Source: Macrostomum hystrix
Taxonomy: Eukaryota > Animalia > Platyhelminthes
Reading direction: 5' to 3'
Assembly (NCBI GenBank): GCA_950097015.1
Contig: CATNEN010000002.1
Coordinates: 1,860,001-1,924,000 of the forward strand
DNA length: 64,000 nucleotides
In this document: in pieces, positions 24,240 to 37,730 of the stretch
How positions within the stretch are numbered: the stretch's first letter is position 1
Layout: each line of letters starts with the position of its first letter
Made by a program: the position numbers and the translations under genes
The notes under the pieces: model-generated
The model's input: only the letters and a program-made list of their open reading frames with translations
What the model was told of the DNA's origin: nothing
Databases searched by the model: none

Positions 24240-25005
24240 CGAGGCTGTGGAGGCAGGGGAGGCAGGGGAGGCAGGGGAGGCTGTGGAGGCAGGGGAGGCT
24301 GTGGAGGCAGGGGAGGCTGTGGAGGCAGGGGAGGCTGTGGAGGCAGGGGAGGCTGTGGATGCAGTGGAGGCTGTGGAGGCTGTGGAGGCAGGGGAGGCTG
24401 TGGAGGCAGGGGAGGCTGTGGAGGCAGGGGAGGCTGTGGAGGCAGGGGAGGCTGTGGAGGCAGTGGAGGCTGTGGAGCCAGGGGAGGTAGGGGAGGCAGG
24501 GGAGGCAGTGGAGGCAGTGGAGGCAGGGGAGGCAGGGGAGGCTGTGGAGGCTGTGGAGGCATGGGAGGCAGGGGAGGCAGGGGAGGCTGTGGAGGCTGTG
24601 GAGGCAGGGGAGGCTGTGGAGGCAGGGGAGGCTGTGGAGGCAGGGGAGGCTGTGGAGGCAGTGGAGGCTGTGGAGCCAGGGGAGGTAGGGGAGGCAGGGG
24701 AGGCAGTGGAGGCAGTGGAGGCAGGGGAGGCAGGGGAGGCTGTGGAGGCTGTGGAGGCATGGGAGGCAGGGGAGGCAGGGGAGGCAGTGGAGGCAGGGAG
24801 GCAGTGGAGGCAGGGGAGGCAGGGGAGGCAGGGGAGGCAGTGGAGGCATGGGAGGCAGTGGAGGCAGGGAGGCAGTGGAGGCAGGGGAGGCAGGGGAGGC
24901 AGTGGAGGCATGGGAGGCTGTGGAGGCATGGGAGGCAGTGGAGGCAGGGAGGCAGTGGAGGCAGGGGAGGCGGTGGAGGCAGGGGAGGCAGGGGAGGCAG
25001 TGAAG
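24240..25005. repeat. G-rich minisatellite, 9-bp subunits (GAGGCAGGG / GAGGCTGTG / GAGGCAGTG)
   Basis: Tandem 9-mers; explains the Pro-rich, Gly-Arg and Glu-Ala ORFs here. Confidence 0.95.
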
Positions 25006-25944
25006 GCACTCAGCTACACTCATCGAGACTCACTCTAGACTCTGAACTTGAGTCCAAAAATCGCATAAGTCCATAAGCTCTAACAGCATTGAGCTGTGCG
25101 CTAGCTGAATGAAGTGGCACATTTCATCTGTTGAGTATCAAAAAGTGGTCTTAAGGACTGAGTATACCGGAAAGTGAAAGAAGTCGACAACAAGCTAAAA
25201 GACACGGAAAGTACATTCCAGGCAGACTGACACTCGCTGTTGCATTTTAAGTAACAGTTGTATGACTTTAAAGAGGTTCACGTTGCTGCTTCTGCTGCTG
25301 TTGCTGTTGCTGCTGCTTTTGCTTTGACAAATAAATCAAGCTATCAGATCACGGATGCAATGCGATAGACAGATATGAGAGGGATGACAGATAGGATGCA
25401 TTAATTAGATTTTTCCCTCCCCTGTTGAGCAAATTCAATTCCATCCCAGTCCCTACTCCCCCACATCCCCAAAATGCTATTCTGAGACTCTCAGCAACAA
25501 CTCATCTTCTGGGGATTCTGGGGAGCAAGGTAAGGAATGGCACTCGACGCATCTGCTACAGCTCTCACATACGTGTTTGGTCGTGTGTCGCTCCACCATT
25601 CTCTCTCCATCTCCCCCTCTCTCTCTCTTTCTCCACCTGGATGCCAGACTGTTGGCTCAACCAATCCGCATTATCTGTAGCACTGCATAGTCCCAGCTAG
25701 TACTGTCCCCCAGCTCCTGTTGGGGATGTGGGATGATGAGTTGGTGCCTCCGCGGTACAGGGAAATAAAAGAAGAGAGACAAATATCACCCCTGTCGATT
25801 CTGAAGCAGAATTTTTTTCTACAGAGATTTCACAGTAGTAACAGCTCACTGACCAAACTAGACTCATCCGGTATACAGCTGAGCTTGAATTGGGCGGAAT
25901 TGAATTGACCGCATCAATCAACTGCAGGCGCTAAACATCTACAA

Positions 25945-26570
25945 GAGTGACCAGACATACATCCTTAAAGAGTGACCAGGCATCCTCCAAGAGTGACCAG
26001 ACATTCTACGAGAGTGACAGACATCCTTCAAGAGTGACCAGGCATCCTCCAAGAGTGACCAGACATTCTACGAGAGTGACCAGACATCCTCCGAGAGTGA
26101 CCAGACATCCTCCGAGAGTGACAGACATCCTTCAAGAGTGACAGACATCCTTCAAGAGTGACAGACATCCTTCCTTCAAGAGTGACAGACATCAAACAAG
26201 AGTGACAGACATCATCCGAGAGTGACCAGACATTCTCCGAGAGGAGAGTGACCAGACATCCTCCAAGAGTGACCAGACATCCTCCGAGAGTGACAGACAT
26301 CATCCGAGAGTGACCAGACATTCTCCGAGAGTGACCAGACATCCTCCAAGAGTGACCAGACATCCTCCGAGAGTGACAGACATCCTTCCTTCAAGGGTGA
26401 CAGACATCAAACAAGAGTGACCAGACATTAAACAAGAGTGACCAGACATTAAACAAGAGTGACCAGACATTAAACAAGAGTGACCAGACATTAAACAAGA
26501 GTGACCAGACATTAAACAAGAGTGACCAGACATTAAACAAGAGTGACCCGACATCCTCCAAGAGTGACCG
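25945..26570. repeat. Minisatellite, 21-bp unit (AGAGTGACCAGACATCCTCCA)
   Basis: Tandem units ending just before the ATG at 26576. Confidence 0.95.
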
Positions 26571-26575
26571 CAATC

Positions 26576-27226
26576 ATGACCAAGGCTCGTCCCGGAAGAC
26601 CTCGCATTCTGTGCTATGACCAGCGCTACTTCTGCCGCATGACCCTCTGGCTGGAGCTGATGGTGGGCATAATCATGACCATCCTTGGCCTGTTCATTCT
26701 CCTACTCAGTATCGAGTCCTTGAAGGCTGGCGACTACGCGGCGGTGTATTTCTGCTCCTCGTTCATCGTACTGGGAGTTGTCCTGCTGCTGGTGTACTAC
26801 ATCCACTACTACGCATTGAAGCTGTCAGTCAAGCGGCAGGTGCAGAAGCTTGACGCCAGCATCAAGTCCGACCAGGACGCTCTGGCGGCTCTGGCCAGGC
26901 GCGGCCTGCAGTTCTCGAAATTCGCCGCGGTACGTCAGAGCCAGCCGCAGCCGCAGCCGCAGCTCGCCAGCACATCCGTTGAAGTCGTTGCTCAGAACTT
27001 TGACAGCAGGGAGATTGAAGAAGCAGGAGCCGGTGCTACAACAGATGACATTGTTGAGCAGCCTGATGCAGATACATCCGCCAGACGCTGGAGTCGTCAG
27101 CAATCCGGGTTGAGCGCTCAACCGAGTCAGGCGCATCGGGACGACGTCGACGACAATGACGGAATGTCGAGAGTGAGCCTGACGGATTTGGACAATATCT
27201 GGGAGACCCGACAGACGACTGTATGA
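26576..27226 (+). CDS. Uncharacterised two-transmembrane protein (216 aa)
   Basis: ATG 26576 in CAATCATGA; exon-like GC-rich codon usage; two hydrophobic stretches (LWLELMVGIIMTILGLFILLLSI; AAVYFCSSFIVLGVVLLLVYYIHYY) then a polar low-complexity tail. Confidence 0.7.
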   Translation: MTKARPGRPRILCYDQRYFCRMTLWLELMVGIIMTILGLFILLLSIESLKAGDYAAVYFCSSFIVLGVVLLLVYYIHYYALKLSVKRQVQKLDASIKSDQDALAALARRGLQFSKFAAVRQSQPQPQPQLASTSVEVVAQNFDSREIEEAGAGATTDDIVEQPDADTSARRWSRQQSGLSAQPSQAHRDDVDDNDGMSRVSLTDLDNIWETRQTTV

Positions 27227-27644
27227 AGGAGGCTGCGATAAAGAAAGAGCGTTCTTTTCGTTTCTATGGCAACTGTATCGAAACAATTGTTTTCGAGGCT
27301 TTTCTAGTGACTAGAATGTACGTACAAAAACTGCAAATACTAATTTGTTTTACTCGAAATTAAACTTTATGATGAGTTCTAAATTCAATTTTTCCTCTTG
27401 TCACTTCACTTTGTCAGACAAAAATTTTAGATTTTTTTTACGAACGGAATCTAAACACAAGTTTTTTGTTATAATACGTCTGAGTTTTTTATAAACAGCT
27501 GTTGTATAAAGCCTTAAAAAATTATTTTAGATTATTACATATGTTTAACACACTGCCTTTTCGTTGTTAAGTATGCTATCCTTCATTGTAGCACGTATTA
27601 ATTAAAGCCACGAAATTCTCAATAGTGAGTCCGGGGAATAAAAA

Positions 27645-28395
27645 CTCAGAAATCCCAGGTATTGAACCTTCAAAATCACAGGTATTGAACCTTCAAAATC
27701 ACAGGTACTGAACCTTCAAAATCCCAGGTATTGAACCTTCAAAATCACAGGTATTGAACCTTCAAAATCCCAGGTATTGAACCTTCAAAATCACAGGTAT
27801 TGAACCTTCAAAATCACAGGTATTGAACCTTCAAAATCACAGGTATTGAACCTTCTAAATCCCAGGTATTGAACCTTCTAAATCCCAGGTACTGAACCTT
27901 CAAAATCCCAGGTATTGAACCTTCAAAATCACAGGTATTGAACCTTCTAAATCCCAGGTATTGAAACTTCAAAATCACAGGTATTGAACCTTCAAAATCA
28001 CAGGTATTGAACCTTCTAAATCCCAGGTATTGAACCTTCAAAATCACAGGTATTGAACCTTCAAAATCACAGGTATTGAACCTTCTAAATCCCAGGTATT
28101 GAACCTTCAAAATCACAGGTATTGAACCTTCAAAATCACAGGTATTGAACCTTCTAAATCCCAGGTATTGAAACTTCAAAATCACAGGTATTGAAACTTC
28201 AAAATCACAGGTATTGAACCTTCGAAATCCAAGGTATTGAACCTTCAAAATCACAGGTATTGAAACTTCAAAATCACAGGTATTGAACCTTCAAAAGCAC
28301 AGGTATTGAGCCTTCAAAATCACAGGTATTGAACCTTCAAAATCACAGGCATTGAACCTTCGAAATCCCAGGCATTGAACCTTCAAAATCACAGG
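27645..28395. repeat. Minisatellite, 23-bp unit (AGGTATTGAACCTTCAAAATCAC)
   Basis: Tandem units visible directly. Confidence 0.95.
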
Positions 28396-28987
28396 TAAGA
28401 GCGATAGAAAATTCCGTGATTTGTTAAAGATTGTCATTATGTCAAAATCATATACGGAAAACGACATGTTTAAATGCTTACGTGCACAACGTATTTGATC
28501 TGACTTAAAATTTGCACTTCTTGCCCACGTCTTGCCTAGAAACTGACCTCGTGGGAATTTAAATCCTGTCGCTGTCCAATTTGGCAGTTAAATCGAGCAT
28601 ACACTGCGAGTTAGTAGGCAGCTTTCGCCCACTTGTGTCTCCCAAGTGCTTCATCAGCTTCACTGGGCATTCCGAATGCAATCCATACGTATTGGAAAAT
28701 ACTGACAGACTAAAGAATAGGGAAAGATCGACGTCCAAAGTTGCTATGGCAACAGCGGCAAGTTAACACACTGGCCCATGGGATATCGAGCAGATAGGAA
28801 AAGTGGATAAAAAATCAGTGGACTGAGCTGAGCAGTCTGATTGATGGTGATTCGAATTTCTGCTTGAATTCTCTCCCTCTTGAGCTCTCTCTCCAGCTTG
28901 CTATTTCCCACCCTGGGTTGACACAGGAGGGCATATTAGTTGCTATGCTTATTGTACATATACACTCGAACATACAGTATGCTGTAT

Positions 28988-29073
28988 ACTTGAAGGTCGG
29001 GGGTTCGATTCCACGCTCAACTAAACCGTCATTTATTTAGCAAGACAATTAACGCTGCATTGCCTTCAGATGC
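28988..29073 (+). mobile_element. Truncated, internally deleted SINE fragment (family of 4971-5295)
   Basis: ACTTGAAGGTCGGGGGTTCGATTCC and TTTAGCAAGACA..TAAC.CTGCATTGC match the 4971 element; the sequence then jumps to CTTCAGATGC found further 3' in that element. Confidence 0.65.
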
Positions 29074-30107
29074 AATCAAAGTTTCAATGCAAATCTAACG
29101 AATCTGAATTTTTTGTTTACTGTTTTAGAATAATAAATTGTGTATTTATCATACCACACTACTTAAAAGTAGCGATGCCTGAAAGTCATCAAGTCAAAGT
29201 CAAAGTTTAATTATTGCTTCTGAGAGAAGAAACAAGTAATGCATTAAACAATATTAAATAAATTAAATAAAAAAACGACCTGACCTAGAACTAGAACAAG
29301 ACTGCCACTTTGCAAAAAATACTCCAATTAGTGAAAACATAGCCAAGAGAACAACAGAACAATAGCCAAAAGAACAATGCGTTTTTTGTTATAAATAAGT
29401 CCAATAGTATTTGTCAATTACTTTTGTATCTATTGGAAACATTGTGAAATTATAATATATAGTTTTGGTATTCTATTTAGTGTCATAAGAATAAGTTAAA
29501 AAAAATCGAATTCGAAAATACTACATTTAAAAAAGATAACCAAGACAATACGCAGGATTAACAGAAAGTATTTTTGATCTCAAATCCCTCTGTAATGATT
29601 TCACAATGTCAGTAGGAAAAAACCCGGCAAAGACAGATTTTGGATTCTAAAAATAGAAAGTTGATTCAATTGAAAAAAGCCATAGACTATAAACTATAAA
29701 ACAGTTTAATTGACTATATAATGTCAGTGAGATCGACTCAAGAATCTTAAATTTGGACGGAGATGGACGGGATGAGATGGAGCGCAGGTTTTTTCAAAAT
29801 ATACCAACTACACATGGCTATATTAACTACTATAATTAGTTTCAAGTAGTTTATTTATCCTGTTTTGCCCCAACAATCATATTCTCTCTATGCCGCGGGT
29901 GGCCCAGATGAAGGAGAAATCCGGGATCTGGATAAAAGATGGACGGGTGTGGGGCTGAGAAGCCGCGGACGAATAGAAATCGGAAGGAAACAGAGACGGC
30001 CGAAGCCAATATATGAGTGGGCAATGCATGCTGCTGTGCGAGCTAGCACCTCCTTTACTAAAAGCAGTAAAAAAAAGCAGCAGAAATTGTCACTGGCCGC
30101 TATAGAA

Positions 30108-31031
30108 ATGAACGATCCGGAATTCACCGAGGCGCTGTGGCATAGCGACCTGACTGCGATTCGCGCATACCTGCAGAATCAACTGCAACAGCTGGCTGAG
30201 CAGTCGGTTGAATTCGGCGAAGGACTTGACGCTGTGCTCGGTCGCGATTCGGACGGCAACTCGGCGTTGCACCTGTGCGTGAGGGCCAATGCTCAGCCTG
30301 AGCTGTTCGGCCTGTTGCTAAGGTCTGGCGGTTGCTGCCCAGCCGCTAGGAACCAGGACGGCCACCTGGCTGAGGATCTGTTTCAGGAATCGAAATTCGG
30401 CCCGCTGTACGCCGAGGAGTTGGACAACTGGATGGCGCAGCTACTGGCCGGCGGCAAGACGGCGGAGCTGGATTCGTGGATCCTGCGTGGATGGACAATT
30501 CCAGATTGGCGCGAGGAGGCCTTCCGCAACCTCGTGACCGAAGGCGTCATCGCTGAAACCGATTTGGCCGCGATGTTCGACCGTCTGGAACATCTGCAGG
30601 ACTCAGTGGACCGGCTGCACGAGTTGCCGTGGTCGGAAGCGGTGGAGCACTTTCGTCAAGAATCGATCCCGGGACTGCTGAGCAGTTTGGACCAATGCGG
30701 CCTGGGCCTGCTGCACAAGGCGGCTCTGGAAGGCGACTCAGCCGCGGCTAGGCGACTCCTGGAGCTCCAGCCGACGCTGGTCGATTCGAAAGATTTTCTA
30801 GACCGCCCAGCCGGCTTCTACTGCGACCCCGGCGACCAGGAGATCGGCGACCTGCTCCTGTTGCCATTGGCAACTGAGCTCAATCCCCTGGGCTGCTCTG
30901 GCGCCACGGCCGATCAGCTGCGGGCTCGATTGGCCGCTGGCTGCGCTCGAAGACAGCGACGACTCACCTCGGCTGACTGCGAAGCTCTGGCAGCGGCGAC
31001 TGCGGCTGCGGCTGCGGCTGCTCGAGATTAG
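30108..31031 (+). CDS. Ankyrin-repeat protein (start uncertain; frame open from 29865)
   Basis: Ankyrin motifs [26 protein letters not shown]...RNQDGHLA and [42 protein letters not shown]; GC-rich coding composition from ~30100. Confidence 0.75.
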   Translation: MNDPEFTEALWHSDLTAIRAYLQNQLQQLAEQSVEFGEGLDAVLGRDSDGNSALHLCVRANAQPELFGLLLRSGGCCPAARNQDGHLAEDLFQESKFGPLYAEELDNWMAQLLAGGKTAELDSWILRGWTIPDWREEAFRNLVTEGVIAETDLAAMFDRLEHLQDSVDRLHELPWSEAVEHFRQESIPGLLSSLDQCGLGLLHKAALEGDSAAARRLLELQPTLVDSKDFLDRPAGFYCDPGDQEIGDLLLLPLATELNPLGCSGATADQLRARLAAGCARRQRRLTSADCEALAAATAAAAAAARD

Positions 31032-31059
31032 CTGGCTGAAACTGATTCGGGGAATTCAG

Positions 31060-31680
31060 GACAGTGAATGGGTGAATGTGAGTGGGTGAATGTGAGTGGT
31101 GAAAGTGAGTGGGTGAATGTGAGTGGGTGAATGTGAGTGGGTGAATGTGGGTGGGTGAATGTGAATGAGTGAATATGAGTGGGTGAATGTGAATGAGTGA
31201 ATGTAAGTGAGTGAATGTGAATGAGTGAATGTGAGTGAGTGAATGTGACTGGGTGAATGTGAGTGGGTGAATGTGAGTAAGTGAATGTGAGTGGGTGAAT
31301 GTGAGTGAGTGAATGTGAGTGGTGAATGTCAGTGAGTGAATGTGAATGGGTGAATGTGACTGGGTGAATGTGACTGGGTGAATGTGAGTGGGTGAATGTG
31401 AGTGGGTGAATGTGAGTGGTGAATGTCAGTGAGTGAATGTGAATGGGTGAATGGGACTGGGTGAATGTGAGTGGGTGAATGTGAGTGGGTGAATGTGAGT
31501 GGGTGAATGTGAGTGGGTGAATGTGGGTGGGTGAATGTCAATGAGTGAATGTGAGTGAGTGAATGTGAATGAGTGAATGTGAGTGAGGGAGTGAATGTGA
31601 GTGAGTGAATTTGAAGACGTGAATGTGAGTGAGGGAGTGAATGTGAGTGAGTGAATTTGAAGACGTGAATGTGAAGCGTG
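31060..31680. repeat. Minisatellite, 14-bp unit (GTGAATGTGAGTGG)
   Basis: Tandem units visible directly. Confidence 0.95.
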
Positions 31681-32119
31681 TTGTTATTGATCTGACTCGT
31701 TTTAGATTTTTTTTTAAACATGGCTTATAAATGGTTGCTGACTTGTCTGTGAATGTACTCCAGGCAATAAGTCTGAATTAAAATACCCCTAACGGTGGTT
31801 GTTGCTTTCTTGTCCTCGTTAATTTTATGTCATATCGTAAGCTCCAACATTAGCATTACATTAATGTGAAGACAATGTGATTGTCACTCCACCAGCATCA
31901 AAGTCAAAAGTCCAACTCCACAACAAGCGTGATAAAAGCATTCCAGTTTACAGCGGTTTAAAAACAGCGGAATCTCATGTTTTAACCGGATTTATAAATT
32001 TATAACAAATTATTAAAGTTTTGTGTTGTTTGAATTTTGACCCTTGATACCCAAAAATACACTATTTGGGACTTGTTGTGAAAAGTATTTATTTTAACTA
32101 GAATTTTGTTATTATTGAG

Positions 32120-33440
32120 AAAAAGTGACAGTCTATTGAGGGAGAGTGACGGATACTGAGAGAGAGTGACAGATATTGAGGGAGAGTGACATATACTGAG
32201 AGAGAGTGACAGATATTGAGGGAGAGTGACAGATATTGAGGGGGAGTGACAGATATTGAGGGAGAGTGACAGATATTAAGGGACAGTGACATATATTAAG
32301 GGAGAGTGACAGATACTGAGGGAGGGTGACAGATAATGAGGGAGAGTGACATATATTGAGGAAGAGTGACAGATATTGAGGGAGAGTGACAGATATTGAG
32401 GGAGAGTGACATATATTGAGGGAGGGTGACAGATATTGAGGGAGGGTGACAGATATTGAGGGAGAGTGACAGATTATTGAGCGAAAGTGACAGATTATTG
32501 AGGGAAAGTGACAGATTATTGAGGGAGAGTGACAGATTATTGAGGGAAAGTGACAGATTATTGAGGGAAAGTGACAGATTATTGAGGGAAAGTGACAGAT
32601 TATTGAGGGAAAGTGACAGATTATTGAGGGAAAGTGACAGATTATTGAGGGAAAGTGACAGATTATTGAGGGAAAGTGACAGATTATTGAGGGAAAGTGA
32701 CAGATTATTGAGCGACAGATTATTGAGGGAGAGTGACAGATTATTGAGCCAAAGTGACAGATTATTGAGGGAGAGTGACAGATTATTGAGCGACAGATTA
32801 TTGAGCGAAAGTGACAGATTATTGAGCGAAAGTGACAGATTATTGAGGGAGAGTGACAGATTATTGAGCCAAAGTGACAGATTATTGAGCGAAAGATTAT
32901 TGAGCGAAAGTGACAGATTATTGAGCGAAAGATTATTGAGCGAAAGTGACAGATTATTGAGGGAGAGTGACAGATTATTGAGCCAAAGTGACAGATTATT
33001 GAGGGAAAGTGACAGATTATTGAGCGACAGATTATTGAGCGAAAGTGACAGATTATTGAGCGAAAGTGACAGATTATTGAGGGAGAGTGACAGATTATTG
33101 AGCCAAAGTGACAGATTATTGAGCGAAAGATTATTGAGCGAAAGTGACAGATTATTGAGCGAAAGATTATTGAGCGAAAGTGACAGATTATTGAGCCAAA
33201 GTGACAGATTATTGAGCGAAAGTGACAGATTATTGAGCGAAAGTGACAGATTATTGAGCGAAAGATTATTGAGGGAGAGTGACAGATTATTGAGCGAAAG
33301 ATTATTGAGGGAGAGTGACAGATTATTGAGCGACAGATTATTGAGGGAGAGTGACAGATTATTGAGCGACAGATTATTGAGGGAGAGTGACAGATTATTG
33401 AGCGAAAGTGACAGATTATTGAGTGACAAGTTATTGAGGG
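32120..33440. repeat. Composite minisatellite, 20-bp unit (GAGGGAGAGTGACAGATATT) switching to 21-bp unit (GAGGGAAAGTGACAGATTATT) with 15-bp deletion variants
   Basis: Unit change at ~32465; the 21-bp phase produces the long periodic ORFs. Confidence 0.95.
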
Positions 33441-34354
33441 AGGGGGTGAGAGGATCTGCTGATGAGTGGCAGATGATGTGGAGAAAAGTGACAGAATTGA
33501 CAAGCAGCTAACAGAGTGATAGCAAATAATTTCAATAATCATGCACTGTAATCAGCTAAAACAGGTTGAGCAGCACTGCCTAGACCTGATGTTAAACCCG
33601 ATCTATCGATTTTGAAAGCAGCCACCGCCACCAAACACCTCACTCCCTGCCACATTCGCCTTTTCTTTCTTCTGACGCATCGCCTTCCGCCTCGTCATCC
33701 CTGTCTCTCATGGGAATAATTTGCTCTCTCACACACTCACACTGTGTCTTGTGTATGAAGAGTTCGTGCTGTTTTCTTACCTAAAACAGCCGACACGTGT
33801 GTGCGTGTGTACCTGCGATTTCTCACCTCTGAAGCAAAAGAGCGGCAAACACCTGGGCCTACAAGCGATCTGTTTCTACGCACTCACACACACACGCACA
33901 CAGGAGACAGAGGAGAGAAACACACGACTATAATAAGGCTGGCCCTTAATTACGAATTGAGGCGGGGACTTGTTTTTCACATCGGACTCGAAACTGGATG
34001 AGAGAGAGAGAGAACCGGGATGCTTAGAAGGCCGATGGATTAGAGAAATAAGGGGAATTAGGAGGGGATTTCGAAGCTGCCGAGAAAATCCCCCTAGGAT
34101 AAGGACTGGGAGAGCGGGAACTGGGACGTAGCAGTTTTCATCGATAGAATTATTTCTGAATCGGTTTTTACAATTCGCCTTAAGTTTGTGGACAAAATAT
34201 TTGAAATAAAAATTCATTTCCCTAAATTAATTAGTTTAAGGCGCTGATCACAGCTTCCCGGCTGGCTAGGGGACACAGACGATCTGATTTATTAATTCCC
34301 AATCTAATCTGCGTTCTCTGCCGCCTCCGTCCTCTCAGGGGACCTTAAACTCTT

Positions 34355-35425
34355 CACCTACCCTTCACCTACCCTTCACCTACCCTTCACCTACCCTTCA
34401 CATATCCTTCATCTACCCTTCACATATCCTTCATCTACCCCTCATCTACCCTTCATCTACCCTTCCTCTACCCTTCACCTACCCTTCACCTACCCTTCAC
34501 ATATCCTTCACCTACCCTTCATCTACCCTTCACCTACCCTTCACCTACCCTTCACATATCCTTCACCTACCCTTCATCTACCCTTCACCTACCCTTCACC
34601 TACCCTTCACCTACCCTTCATCTACCCTTCACCTACCCTTCACCTACCCTTCACCTACCCTTCATCTACCCTTCACCTACCCTTCACCTACCCTTCACCT
34701 ACCCTTCATCTACCCTTCACCTACCCTTCACCTACCCTTCATCTACCCTTCACCTACCCTTCACCTACCCTTCACCTACCCTTCACCTACCCTTCATCTA
34801 CCCTTCACCTACCCTTCACCTACCCTTCACCTACCCTTCACCTACCCTTCATCTACCCTTCATCTACCCTTCCTCTACCCATCACCTACCCTTCACCTAC
34901 CCTTCACCTACCCTTCACCTATCCTTCATCTACCCCTCATCTACCCTTCATCTACCCTTCCTCTACCCATCACCAACCCTTCACCTACCCTTCACCTACC
35001 CATCACCTACCCTTCACCTACCCTTCACCTATCCTTCATCTACCCCTCATCTACCCTTCATCTACCCATCCTCTACCCTTCACCTACCCTTCACCTACCC
35101 TTCACCTATCCTTCATCTACCCTTCACCTATCCTTCATCTACCCCTCATCTACCCTTCATCTACCCTTCCTCTACCCATCACCAACCCTTCACCTACCCT
35201 TCCTCTACCCATCACCAACCCTTCACCTACCCTTCACCTATCCTTCATCTACCCCTCATCTACCCTTCATCTACCCATCCTCTACCCTTCACCTATCCAT
35301 CACCTACCCATCACCTACCTTTTATTTACCCTTCTCCTACCCATCACCTACCCTTCACCTATCCTTCACCTACCCATCACCTACCCATCATCTACCCTTC
35401 ATCTACCCTTCATCTACCCCTCAGT
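34355..35425. repeat. Minisatellite, 11-bp unit (CCTACCCTTCA)
   Basis: Tandem units visible directly. Confidence 0.95.
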
Positions 35426-35829
35426 CAACCCTGAAATCTAACGTTAAATCTATCCTTCAATAGATCGATCTTATCTATTTTATCTAATTAGACTACTTAG
35501 TCTATCATGATATATTAGCATCAACTCTTTTGTGTTAGATCTCTGGCCGAATCATTTTTGTGTCACCCTCTCCCACTCTCACTGGCTTATTTATGAGCTG
35601 TATGGCGCACCGACACAAATCAAGTCACAACTAATTTGGCCTCATGACAAGAGATGACACTGGGTGGCAATGCTTCACACGAAAACGCGTGATTGACTTG
35701 GACCGCCTAATTTGATTTCAGCTTTCACAATCCTCTTTCTATCTTTTTAGCTTGTCTGGCTGCTCTCATTTTCTGGTCAATCAAAGTCATTCGATTTCTA
35801 AAACATTCGAGTTGTTTTGTCTGTTCAAA

Positions 35830-36400
35830 ATATCCCACCCAGATGACAATTTATCCTATCCAGATGACAAATTATCCCACCCAGATAACAAATTATCCCA
35901 CCCAGATAACAAATTATCCCACCCAGATAACAAATTATCCCACCCAGATAACAAAATATCCCACCCAGATAACAAAATATCCCACCCAGATAACAAATTA
36001 TCCCACCCAGATAACAAATTATCCCACCCAGATAACAAATAATCCCACCCAGATAACAAATTATCCCACCCAGATGACAAATTATCCCACCCAGATGACA
36101 AATTATCCGCACAGATAACAAATTATCCCACCCAGACGACAAATTATCCCACCCAGATGACAAATTATCCGCACAGATGACAAATTATCCACCCAGATGA
36201 CAAATTATCCGCACAGATGACAAATTATCCACCCAGATGACAAATTATCCACCCAGATAACAAATTATCCCACCCAGATGACAAATTATCCGCACAGATG
36301 ACAAATTATCCACCCAGATGACAAATTATCCTCCAGAAGACAAATTATCCCCACATTTGAACATTATCCCTTCAGATAAGAAGTTATCCATCCAGATAGC
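35830..36400. repeat. Minisatellite, 21-bp unit (GATAACAAATTATCCCACCCA)
   Basis: Tandem units, degenerate at the 3' end. Confidence 0.95.
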
Positions 36401-36999
36401 AAATTATCCCAGCAGACGGAAATTTATCCCTCCTAATAACAAATTATTCCTCCAGATGACAAGTTATCCATTTAGATGGCAAATTATCCTCCAAAGATGT
36501 CTAATTATCCCTTTAGTGTTTGGAGGCAAAGTGTGTACTTCACTCAAAAAACAACTTCTTTGAGTAGGTCAACATGGCATTTAGTTACTTATTTGCCTCA
36601 TCTCTAGGGACCAAACTGAGTGCCTCCGATTTTTTTGTCTCCAGTCTTTAGCTTTTTTGCAGGCGGCCCAGGCAGTGAAAGAAAAAATATCACTAGGATT
36701 GATCTTCTATCAAGATTTGGCATTTTAATTTAGTCTCTAATGATTTGGCCAGGGGCGGGAACCACTGGCAGAAATTCATTAGACTCAGCTTGAAGCCACT
36801 GGGTGCCAATTCGTCATCACAGACGAGAACGAAGATTCGGCACTCTTAATTAGATTTCGTGCAGACAAGCAGAGCTAGCGTGGTTGCTGAGGCGTCCTTA
36901 GCAACCTGTCTATCAGCTCAACAGGTTTTCAGCTCCTATCCACTTCTATTTAATCCTATCTACTTTTTCTGATTTATCCTATCCTTTTCTCATTAATCT

Positions 37000-37730
37000 A
37001 ATCTACTTCTCATTAATCTTATCTACTTCTCATTAATCTTATCTACTTCTCATTAATCTTATCTACTTCTCATTAATCTTATCTACTTCTCATTAATCTT
37101 ATCTACTTCAATTAATCTTATCTACTTCTCATTTATCCTATCAACTTCTTATTAATCTTGTCCCCTTCCCATTTAACCTGTCTACTTCCAATTCATCGTG
37201 TCTACTTCTCATTCATTCTATCTACTTCTCATTCATTCTATCTACTTCTCATTCATTCTATCTACTTCTCATTCATTCTATCTACTTCTCATTCATCCTA
37301 TCTACTTCTCATTCCTCCTATCTACTTCTCATTCATCCTATCTACTTATCATTCATCCTATGCACTTCTCATTCATCCTATCTACTTCTCATTCATCATA
37401 TGTACTTCTCATTCATCCTATCTACTTCTCATTCATCATATGTACTTCTCATTCATCCTATGTACTTCTAATTCATCCTATGTACTTCTCACTCATCCTA
37501 TCTACTTCTCATTCATCCTATCTACTTCTCATTCATTCTATCTACTTCTCATTCATTCTATCTACTTCTCATTCATTCTATCTACTTCTCATTCATTCTA
37601 TCTACTTCTCATTCATCCTATCTACTTCTCATTCCTCCTATCTACTTCTCATTCATCCTATCTACTTCTCATTCATTCTATCTACTTCTCATTCATCCTA
37701 TCTACTTCTCATTCATTCTATCTACTTCAC
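37000..37730. repeat. Minisatellite, 20-bp unit (ATCTACTTCTCATTCATTCT)
   Basis: Tandem units visible directly. Confidence 0.95.

Noticed and set aside
23700-24240. Additional upstream coding exons for the coiled-coil gene
   Set aside because: Candidate exons with good donors exist but the joins I tried gave phase mismatches or an in-frame TGA, so the 5' structure is left unresolved.
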